24,955 nt of DNA from Myxococcales bacterium (GTDB lineage Bacteria; Myxococcota_A; Polyangia; Polyangiales; Polyangiaceae): contig JAYTOU010000004.1 of the NCBI GenBank assembly GCA_043747615.1, forward strand, positions 1-24,955, in the 5' to 3' direction. The notes under the pieces are model-generated. The model saw nothing but the letters and a program-made list of their open reading frames with translations. It did no database searches and was not told the DNA's origin. Both the position numbers and the translations under genes were made by a program. Positions 14,582 to 22,616 of the stretch are shown piece after piece (position 1 is the first letter of the stretch; the number at the start of each line of letters is the position of its first letter).

Positions 14582-17500
14582 TCAGAGCGACGAGGCGAAC
14601 TCTCTCCCAAACTCCAGCGGCGATGGACGATCGCCGGGAGCGTTCGCCGTGGCCGCACGCAGAAGCTTGGCGATGGCGGCAGGGTACGTGCGGAGGCGCT
14701 CGGCGTCCTCGAACGGATCGCGCCGCATGTGAGCGATGATGCGATCGCGGTTGTTCACGATCTCGTCGAAAAACGCCCGCCCAGTGGTGACGTTGTAGAT
14801 GGTTCCCGCGAGCGCGTAGACGTCGGAACGGGGATCGAGCTCGATCGGATCGAGCACCTGTTCCGGCGCAATGTAGCCGGCCGTGCCTGCCACGAAACGC
14901 CCGCCCACCTCCGGGGGAACACGGATCGCGCGCACCATTCCGAAATCGATCACCACCGTCGCCAGCGGTGGAGCGAGCGCGGGATCACGGTGCTTCGCCG
15001 GGTCGAACTTCACGCCGCCGGCGAGCGGCAGACGGAGCCACAGATTTGCTGGCTTGATGTCGCGGTGAACCAGCCCTGCGCTGTGAAGCGCGGCGAGGCC
15101 CGCGCACGACTCGAGCACCACCTGCCGCAGCTCGAAGAGAGACATGTGACGCGCTGCCGAATACTCCTTCAGATCGGCGCCGATCAAGAGCTCGAGCACC
15201 AGGAACGGAATCGTGTCCGACACCCCACGCTCGATGATGTTCGCCACGTTCGGATGGTAGAGACCGGCCAGCGCCTTTGCTTCCTCGACGAAGGACGCGA
15301 GGATCCCTGCGCGCTCGGTGTCCGTCGCGTTGGCGAGCGCCTCCGCTTTCGGAATTTTCAAGACGAAGAAGCGATCGGCACCCGGCTTGCGCACGAGATA
15401 CACCGAGCCGATTCCCCCTTCGCCGAGAGGTTTCACCACCTCGTACCCCTCGATGAGCTTCGGTTCCTTCTTTTTCGTCTGGGGCGGCGGCGGCGGCGAT
15501 CGCTTGATGGCCCCTTGCACGGCAGCCTCGAGGAGCGCCGAGGTGACGGGTCCCCGTGACGCGAACCACACGTCGAGCATGGTCAGGTCGCGCGCGCGGA
15601 TTGCCCTCGCCACGAGCGCGGCGACGCGGGGTGCATTCTCGGTGGTGCTTCGCGCGAGCGAATCCTCCGCGCTCTCCTTGCTCGCGGGATGCAGCGCCTT
15701 CACCGGATCGGCGAGCGCGCCGTGGAGGCGATCGGCCGCGAGGATCAGCTCGACGCACAGAGCTTCCAGGTTGGGCCGGTGCCCTGCCGCGGCGGCGAAG
15801 GCTTCGAGCGAACGTGCGAGGGCCGATAGCGCATGTGCGAGCTCCGTGTCGTCGGCGTGGAGCGAGGTAAGTGCCTGCGCGGCCGAGGCTCCCCACGCTC
15901 CGTCGGGCCCGCCGGACGAAACGGCCGTGCGCAGCGTTTCGGCGCGCTCGCAGCACTGCGCAAGCGCCCCTTCGGCCATCATGGGGAGCGCCGTCGCGAG
16001 CTGGAGAAGCATCGCCGGTCGATCGATCACCAGCGCCCACCACGCCGCAAACGGGCCGAGCCACTCCACGTCGTCGACCTCGCCGAGCGCCGTGCCTCGC
16101 GTCGTGTCCACCAACCGCCAGAAGAGCGTGGACAGAGCGCTTAGCAATGGAGCTGGGAGCTCTCGCGTGCCACCCGCCAAGCCTTCGAGCTTGCGAAGCC
16201 AGAGACACGTGTCGTGCGCAGTTGGGCCTCGGCCCGGGCCGAGTGCTCCGTCTTCACCGCAGGCATCGAGCGCGTAGCCTCCGAGGCGCACCGCGAGCAC
16301 CTCGAGCGAGAGATCGGCGTTCGTGTCACCGCCGGTTTGCCGCCGCTCTCGCACGAGATCGAGGATCTCCGAGGGTGCGCGAGCGATGATCGTCCACGTC
16401 TCTTCGAGATTGGGCTCTTCTACGGGATCATCGGCGGGCCGCGTCGCGAGAAGAGGTCGCCACAGACGAAGCGCAAATGCCCGCGCGCAGCCTTCGAGCG
16501 CGTTGATCGCCGCCGCCCGTTGGCGGACTCGTCCCGTTCCGAGAGCGATGCGGCGTGCTTCGAGGAACGTAGGGGCAAGCGATGTAGCGAAGCGAGCGGC
16601 GCGTGCGTCGGCCTCTTCGTCGTCGTACTGCGCGGCGAGGCGGGTGAGGTTCTCGAGGCCGAGCTCGAGGTCGAGCGGGTCGCGCTCGGCACCATCGACG
16701 ACGTCCGTCTGCGCTATGACTTCGATCCAGCGGCGCGACTCGTCGAGGGAAGTAGCGCGCGCGCACCGGGCCATCTCGCGCAGCGCACGCAGCGGCATTT
16801 CGATCTCTGCGATCTGGTTCCCTCGCCGCCAAAGCGTGGCCAGTCCTCGTGCAAGCGCGCGCGCGGCGATCGCTCCGCCGTCTCCTTTGAGGATGCGTCC
16901 GGCGAGGCGATCCCAGAGATCTTTTCGCTCGAAGAAAAAATACGGCGTCGCTGCGGCCACGGCTCCAAGCACCCAGCCCTCTTCGTCGGGCGCATCCACG
17001 ATGGCCACGAGCTGCGTCGCAAGAAATCGTAGGCGATCGGCGGGGAGGCTTGCAAAGGCAGTGATCGCGCGCTGCCGGAGCAGGCGTGACTCACCGAGCA
17101 CCCAGTCGAGCAGCGTCCCTTCGAGCGGCTCGAACGCGCCCGTGAGACGCCCGAGAGCACGGGCTGCGTGGACCCAGACGAGCGGCTCCGGATGGAGAAG
17201 GAGCGGCTGGAGCACTTGAAGGGTGAGCCCCACGAGCTCGGGATCGGTCGTGGGGGGCATTCCACACACGCTGACCTCGAGGCACCGCGCGGCGAGCACA
17301 CGACCACGCAGCGCACCACGGGCCGGCCCTCGGATCATGGCCTCGAACGTCTCGCGCGACCCAAAGAGCCATTTTCCGAGATGGGGAACCTCGAGTGCGC
17401 TCGCACCCGCCTCCCAGATCAGGATCTCGAGACGCGACCGCGCTTCGCCGTTCTCGGGTGACGAAAGCTGCGCACCGTTGCCGAGGAGCGGAGCGCAGGC

Positions 17501-17908
17501 GAGCGCATCGAGCAGCGGCCCCTCGACGACTCGGTCGCGCGCCACTGACGTGATCCGTTCACGGAATGCAGGGTCCGCGGCAAGGAGCGCGAGGAGCGGC
17601 GCCATCTGCACATCGCGGCGCCAAGTGATCGACGAGCACCACCTGAAGAGGGTCTCACTCCCCGCTGCGCCAAAGAGAGCCGCGAGCGCGGCGAGGTCCC
17701 CCTCTTCGCGGATCAGCGACAAACATGCGAGGCCAAGGGTGTCCGTGGCCGCGCCGAGGTGGTCCGCAAGCGCGGCCTCGATGTGACCCGTCACCTCCAC
17801 GCGACCGCCCGCACGCCAGCGACGGCGCACCGCCTCCTCGAGCTCAGGGTGCCCGGGGAGGGCGGCCGTCAACGTGTCGAGCGCGGCTTGTGCGTGATCT
17901 TGGAGCAT
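14582..17908 (-). CDS. Hanks-type Ser/Thr protein kinase with a ~810-aa N-terminal HEAT/ARM-like helical region and a C-terminal kinase domain (1108 aa)
   Basis: Motifs LGEGGIGSVY, VLK, HRDIKPAN, DFG, GTAGYIAPEQ and SDVY. Start placed at ATG 17908 (GGAG upstream), which avoids overlap with the SNF2 gene. There is no signal peptide or obvious TM segment. Confidence 0.88.
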   Translation of the reverse strand: MLQDHAQAALDTLTAALPGHPELEEAVRRRWRAGGRVEVTGHIEAALADHLGAATDTLGLACLSLIREEGDLAALAALFGAAGSETLFRWCSSITWRRDVQMAPLLALLAADPAFRERITSVARDRVVEGPLLDALACAPLLGNGAQLSSPENGEARSRLEILIWEAGASALEVPHLGKWLFGSRETFEAMIRGPARGALRGRVLAARCLEVSVCGMPPTTDPELVGLTLQVLQPLLLHPEPLVWVHAARALGRLTGAFEPLEGTLLDWVLGESRLLRQRAITAFASLPADRLRFLATQLVAIVDAPDEEGWVLGAVAAATPYFFFERKDLWDRLAGRILKGDGGAIAARALARGLATLWRRGNQIAEIEMPLRALREMARCARATSLDESRRWIEVIAQTDVVDGAERDPLDLELGLENLTRLAAQYDDEEADARAARFATSLAPTFLEARRIALGTGRVRQRAAAINALEGCARAFALRLWRPLLATRPADDPVEEPNLEETWTIIARAPSEILDLVRERRQTGGDTNADLSLEVLAVRLGGYALDACGEDGALGPGRGPTAHDTCLWLRKLEGLAGGTRELPAPLLSALSTLFWRLVDTTRGTALGEVDDVEWLGPFAAWWALVIDRPAMLLQLATALPMMAEGALAQCCERAETLRTAVSSGGPDGAWGASAAQALTSLHADDTELAHALSALARSLEAFAAAAGHRPNLEALCVELILAADRLHGALADPVKALHPASKESAEDSLARSTTENAPRVAALVARAIRARDLTMLDVWFASRGPVTSALLEAAVQGAIKRSPPPPPQTKKKEPKLIEGYEVVKPLGEGGIGSVYLVRKPGADRFFVLKIPKAEALANATDTERAGILASFVEEAKALAGLYHPNVANIIERGVSDTIPFLVLELLIGADLKEYSAARHMSLFELRQVVLESCAGLAALHSAGLVHRDIKPANLWLRLPLAGGVKFDPAKHRDPALAPPLATVVIDFGMVRAIRVPPEVGGRFVAGTAGYIAPEQVLDPIELDPRSDVYALAGTIYNVTTGRAFFDEIVNNRDRIIAHMRRDPFEDAERLRTYPAAIAKLLRAATANAPGDRPSPLEFGREFASSL

Positions 17909-17972
17909 CGCGATCTCCGAGCGTAACGCAAACTCAGCCCGTCGCGCCAAGCTCGTTCGGAAGCTTGCTCGG

Positions 17973-20900
17973 TCACCACGATCGCAGGTGAGCGCGAATG
18001 CGATCGGCGACTGCGCGTGAGCACGGAAAAGGCTCACCGCGCGCGAGACGCGAGGCGTACGTGAGAGGCATGTCGACCATCGACGCGAGCTCGCTCTCGA
18101 GGCGGCCGCTGGTCGCGAGCCAGCGCTGCACCTCGGTTACGAGCAGCTGGTAGTCGGGGCTGAGCACACGGCGCGCCGTCGCCAGCTTGTCGGTCGGTGA
18201 GCCTCGTCGGAGGGCCGAATCTTCGTCCGAGCCGTGCTCCTCCATCGGATCGAGATCGGCGTCTCCGAGAAGAGCGCTGAGATCCTCGTTCGTGAGGCCC
18301 TCGAGCGCGCGCGCATCATCGCCGATCACCACCTTGGTGAGCTCGCGTTTCTTTTTCTTGAGGACCAAGATCTTCTCTTCGATCGTGCCCCGGGCTACGA
18401 GGCGCACCACCGTTACCGGTTTGTCTTGTCCGATTCGATACGCCCTATCGGTGGCTTGGTCCTCGACCGCGGGGTTCCACCACGGATCGCAGTGGATCAC
18501 CGTGTCCGCGGCGGTGAGATTGAGCCCAACCCCGCCAGCCTTGAGCGAGATGAGAAAGAGAGGAGCCGAGCCCCCCTGGAAGCGCGCGACGACCTCGCTT
18601 CGTTTCGTCGTTCTTCCGTCGAGGTACTCGTAGGCAATGTTCTCGGCGTCGAGGTCTTGCCGCCACAGCGTGAGGAGCTCCACGAACTGCGAGAAAACAA
18701 GGGCGCGCCGCCCCTCGGCCGCGAGCTCCCGCACGAGCTCGAGGAACTCTTTTCGCTTGGCGCTCACCTCGGGCGGAAGATGCGGATCGACCAAGCGCGG
18801 ATCGCAGGCCATCTGGCGGAGACGGGCGAGCGCCGTGAAAACGCTGAGCTGCGCCTGGTTGCCGCGACTCTCGAGGTCCTTGGCGATGCCCGCTCGAAGT
18901 GTGTGCGCGAGGGCGTCGTACATTCGCTTGTCCCTGACGCTCAGAGGCACGACGCGATCGATCTCCGTCTTCGGGGGCAGCTCGCGCAGGACCTCGTCCT
19001 TCGTTCGCCGAAGAAGAAACGGACGCACCACGGCGCGGAGCTCGGCCGCTAGGGGGCTCTTGCGGTCGGCGACGATCGGCCTCTCGAAGCGCGTCTCGAA
19101 GGCGCGCGCGGTGCCGAGGATTCCAGGATTCACGAACGAGGCGAGCGACCACAGTTCGCCGAGGCGATTTTCGATCGGCGTCCCTGAGAGGGCGAGACGC
19201 ATCGACGCGTCGAGCTGTCCGGCGGCTCGGGTGGTGGCGCTGTCGGCGTTCTTGATGTTCTGCGCCTCGTCGAGCACCGCGCAGCGGAATCGGATCGCAG
19301 ACAGGACGTCGAGATCACGGCGGAGGAGCGCGTAGGTGGTGATGACGACGTCGCTCTCCTTGACGGCCTGGGCATGGCGCGCCGGACCGTGGAGGAGAAT
19401 CACCTTCAAATCAGGGGTGAAACGCTTGATTTCGCTAACCCAGTTGGTCGCCACGGACGTCGGACACACCACGAGTGACGGCATCGGACCTTCGAGCTCT
19501 TTGCGCCGAAGAAGGAAAGCTAGGGTGGTGATCGTTTTGCCGAGACCCATGTCGTCGGCCAAGATCCCGCCGGCGCCGAGCGTCTGGAGGAACTGAAGCC
19601 AGGCGAGACCGAGCTTCTGGTAAGGGCGAAGCTCACCACGGAGCCCTCGCGGCATGTCGGGATCCGCGGAAACTGCGAGTGCGCGGAGCCGCTTGCGAAA
19701 GGCGTCGACCTTCGCGTCGATCCGTCCGTCGTTCTCTTCGATCCATCGATCGAGGCGCCCGAGCTGGTGGGCAGGAAGGCGTCCACTCGCTTGGCCCTTG
19801 AGGACGTCGTTTGCTTCGTTGGCCAGCGCCTCGATGGACGCGGAGATCCGGGTGAGCGTGCCGTCGCTGAGAACGACCCAGCGCTGCTTTCGAGCGAGCG
19901 CGTCGCGGATCGCGCTGAGCTCGACGGGAAGGTCTTTCGCCCCGAACTCGAGGCGCGTCTCGAGCCAGTCGCCCTCGAGCGCAACGTGAACGCGACCGGT
20001 GACGGGGGTACCGATGCGGACGTGCGCCAGGCGGCGTGAGAGCTCGACCTCGATCTTGGGAGCCGTCTCTTCGCGGAGCGCGAGGAGCCCCGTTTGCCAG
20101 AACTCGATTGCTGCGTCGCCGGACACGACGACCCGGGGCGGGCTCTCGTCGATGTCGTCGTCCGGATCGCCCACTCGCTCGCGGAGGCCGGCGCGCTCAA
20201 TTGCCGACCGCGCGCTCGCCTCTTCGTCGCCGTCGCGATCGGTCGATCCTTTGGACGCGGGATAGAGCGGAAATTCGCGCGCGCCGTAGATCGCGACGAG
20301 CTCTCCCTCCATGTTGAGCGGCTCGCCCATCAGCCGAAGTAGGAGGCGCGGAGTGATCGGCGCCGGAAGTCCGAAGGCCTCGTGCGACGGGAGGGTGATT
20401 CCGCGACGGCGCGCCGTGCCGAGGAGGCGAGCGCCTGCGGCCTTCAGTTTTCCCGGAGGGACCAGGAGCTCGGGGGAGCGCGCAAGCTGGCTAACGAAGT
20501 CGAGGTCTACGTCGGAGGCAACGGGATAGATCGCGCCGCTCTTCGTCCATACGTATGGAAACGGGCCGGAGAAGAAGAAGGAGTCCGCAAACGAGATTCG
20601 CATCCGGTCGGCTTCGCCTATCCAGAACGCCGAGAGCGCATCGAAGGGAGCACTCTGCGAGCCTGCGGGGGCGAGAGCGATGGCAGGTCTTACGAGTGTA
20701 GTGCGGAAATCGAGGAGCCCCTTGAATCCCTCTACGAAGATGCCTGCGTGGAGCCTCATCGCTTCGATTGCGAGCGACGCCTCGACCCCAACGGCATAGG
20801 TAGCCTTTCGCCCCGCGCCGCGATCCCGCACGTAGCCAAGCACTCTCCTGTCGCGCGAGGAGAACGTCACGCTTCCGGAAATCTCGCGCGGGGTGAGGAG

Positions 20901-21473
20901 CTTCCGCTCTCCGTGACGGCGCACCACCATCGAGACGATGCGCGTCTCACCGGGGTCGATGCGATCACCGTACGTTTTTCCGAGCGTAGGGGCGAGCTCG
21001 GCAAAGGGGCTCGCAGCGATCTCTACCTTCGCTCCCTCGAGCGCGGGCGCGAGCCAGGCATCGAGGGCGCCGTCGAAGTTTAGCTCGAGGTGAACCCCGA
21101 GACGAAGCGCGGGGGCGCGCGCAGCCGCTTCTTCAGCGCTGGTGCCTTCGAGGAGTGCGTCACGGAGGGGCACCGAGATCGCGAGGTCGGCTGCGAGGAT
21201 CGCGACGTGTGCGCATGGTCCGAAGGCGGAGAGGCAACGAGAGCAACGACCCGTGATGGCCTTGTCTTCGTCCATGCGGAGCTCGACGGAGACGGCCGCC
21301 TCGGGGCCCGCATCGCTCAGCGCTGCTCGCACGGCGCCGTCTCCGGACATCGTGGGAAGCGCTACGTAGCGGTGAGCGCTGGCGAGGGCGATGCGGAGCG
21401 CGCGCGGGCTGATGAGACGGCGCAGGAGCGTCCGATCGAAGCCGGGAAGCCAGTCGGCGGGAGAGCTCAACAC
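17973..21473 (-). CDS. SNF2-family (SWI2/SNF2) helicase-like ATPase with an N-terminal SWIM-like Zn finger and a C-terminal HTH-like domain
   Basis: Motifs LRPYQ, GILADDMGLGKT, VVCPTS, DEAQNIKN, LSGTPIEN, LRRTK, VFSQF, SLKAGGVGLNL and WWNPAVEDQATDRAYRIGQ; N-terminal CSRC-x6-CAH. The GTG start is uncertain. Confidence 0.92.
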   Translation of the reverse strand: MLSSPADWLPGFDRTLLRRLISPRALRIALASAHRYVALPTMSGDGAVRAALSDAGPEAAVSVELRMDEDKAITGRCSRCLSAFGPCAHVAILAADLAISVPLRDALLEGTSAEEAAARAPALRLGVHLELNFDGALDAWLAPALEGAKVEIAASPFAELAPTLGKTYGDRIDPGETRIVSMVVRRHGERKLLTPREISGSVTFSSRDRRVLGYVRDRGAGRKATYAVGVEASLAIEAMRLHAGIFVEGFKGLLDFRTTLVRPAIALAPAGSQSAPFDALSAFWIGEADRMRISFADSFFFSGPFPYVWTKSGAIYPVASDVDLDFVSQLARSPELLVPPGKLKAAGARLLGTARRRGITLPSHEAFGLPAPITPRLLLRLMGEPLNMEGELVAIYGAREFPLYPASKGSTDRDGDEEASARSAIERAGLRERVGDPDDDIDESPPRVVVSGDAAIEFWQTGLLALREETAPKIEVELSRRLAHVRIGTPVTGRVHVALEGDWLETRLEFGAKDLPVELSAIRDALARKQRWVVLSDGTLTRISASIEALANEANDVLKGQASGRLPAHQLGRLDRWIEENDGRIDAKVDAFRKRLRALAVSADPDMPRGLRGELRPYQKLGLAWLQFLQTLGAGGILADDMGLGKTITTLAFLLRRKELEGPMPSLVVCPTSVATNWVSEIKRFTPDLKVILLHGPARHAQAVKESDVVITTYALLRRDLDVLSAIRFRCAVLDEAQNIKNADSATTRAAGQLDASMRLALSGTPIENRLGELWSLASFVNPGILGTARAFETRFERPIVADRKSPLAAELRAVVRPFLLRRTKDEVLRELPPKTEIDRVVPLSVRDKRMYDALAHTLRAGIAKDLESRGNQAQLSVFTALARLRQMACDPRLVDPHLPPEVSAKRKEFLELVRELAAEGRRALVFSQFVELLTLWRQDLDAENIAYEYLDGRTTKRSEVVARFQGGSAPLFLISLKAGGVGLNLTAADTVIHCDPWWNPAVEDQATDRAYRIGQDKPVTVVRLVARGTIEEKILVLKKKKRELTKVVIGDDARALEGLTNEDLSALLGDADLDPMEEHGSDEDSALRRGSPTDKLATARRVLSPDYQLLVTEVQRWLATSGRLESELASMVDMPLTYASRLARGEPFPCSRAVADRIRAHLRSW

Positions 21474-21548
21474 GCGAGGAGAATCGGCGTGGCCGACGAC
21501 GCGCGAAGGACGAGCTCAAATCGCATGTGGACCTTGTAGCATCGCCTC

Positions 21549-22610
21549 GTGATCTCGAAGGTGGCCGCATTCGCTTTGGCATTCGTTCCCGTGGGGTGCA
21601 GCGGGCAGGGGCCGTCACCCGTCGTTTCTCCCTCGCCGATTCCGAGCGCCTCGTCGTTGCCGAGTCCTGCACCCACGAATCCGCCCGCGGCGTGCGGAGG
21701 CGCGAAGCTGCGCGTGCATTTCTACGACGTGACGCAGGCGCTCGCGGCGCTCGTCGAGCTCCCCGACGGACGGAACATTCTCGTCGACACCGGCGATCTG
21801 CCGAAACGTTCGGGCTGCGGTCACGTATGCGCCGACGCGCACGCGAGGCTGATGACCAAGCTCCGCGCAGACCTCCGCGCGCGACCGATCGATCTTCTGT
21901 GGATCACGCATCCGCACGCTGACCACATCGGCGGAGCGATCGACGTCATGGCGCACTTCCCCGTGAGGGCCTACGTAGACAACGGGCGCGACCTTGGCGA
22001 GGCCGAGGTCAAGCGCGTTCACGAGTCGGCAACGGCGAAAGGAGTGACCATCGCCGTCGTCGCGCCGGGTCACGAGCAGCTCCCGATGCAGACTGCGGGG
22101 GACGTGAAGCTCACCGCGATCGCTCCATCCTCGTGGCTTCCGGCGTGTACGGCGAACCGGAACGATTGTTCGATCCTGCTCCGCATCGATTACTGCGCTT
22201 CGTCGATCTTGTTCACCGGCGACGCCGAAGTGGCGGAGGAGGCGTTGATCGACACGCGCGGAAGGGTGACGCTGCTGCAGGTCGGGCATCACGGAAGCGA
22301 TACGTCCACCGGGGCCGCGTTTCTCGCGCGCGTGCGCCCGAAGTACGCCGTGATTTCAGCTGGAAAACAAGGGGAGGGGACGAACGATGCCTACTGCCAT
22401 CCGCGAGCTTCGACGGTGAGCGCCCTGACGCAGATGATGGGCGGTGCTGGCTCGAAGGCGATGCACGCGTTTCGTGGAGGCCTTGGTTGCAAGAAGTCGA
22501 CGGACGCAGATTGGACCGACGTCGCCGCGAGCGATCGCCTCTGGGCGACCATGCGAGACGGAGACGTCGTCCTCGAGACGAGCGGCGATGGAGCGTTCGT
22601 GAGGGAGTGA
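21549..22610 (+). CDS. ComEC/Rec2-type metallo-beta-lactamase-fold hydrolase, probable lipoprotein
   Basis: Motifs LVDTG, THPHADHIGG (HxHxDH), LFTGD, QVGHHGS, AVISAG and HP. The N-terminus MISKVAAFALAFVPVG-C is followed by a Pro/Ser linker. There is no competence membrane domain. Confidence 0.85.
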   Translation: MISKVAAFALAFVPVGCSGQGPSPVVSPSPIPSASSLPSPAPTNPPAACGGAKLRVHFYDVTQALAALVELPDGRNILVDTGDLPKRSGCGHVCADAHARLMTKLRADLRARPIDLLWITHPHADHIGGAIDVMAHFPVRAYVDNGRDLGEAEVKRVHESATAKGVTIAVVAPGHEQLPMQTAGDVKLTAIAPSSWLPACTANRNDCSILLRIDYCASSILFTGDAEVAEEALIDTRGRVTLLQVGHHGSDTSTGAAFLARVRPKYAVISAGKQGEGTNDAYCHPRASTVSALTQMMGGAGSKAMHAFRGGLGCKKSTDADWTDVAASDRLWATMRDGDVVLETSGDGAFVRE

Positions 22611-22616
22611 TCGCCG

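Noticed and set aside
17909..18037. Longer GTG start for the kinase
   Set aside because: It would overlap the SNF2 3' end by 65 bp, whereas ATG 17908 has a GGAG RBS.
21549..22610. Calling this gene comEC or a beta-lactam resistance gene
   Set aside because: It lacks the competence membrane domain, and its motifs fit the ComEC-like hydrolase subfamily rather than class B beta-lactamases.
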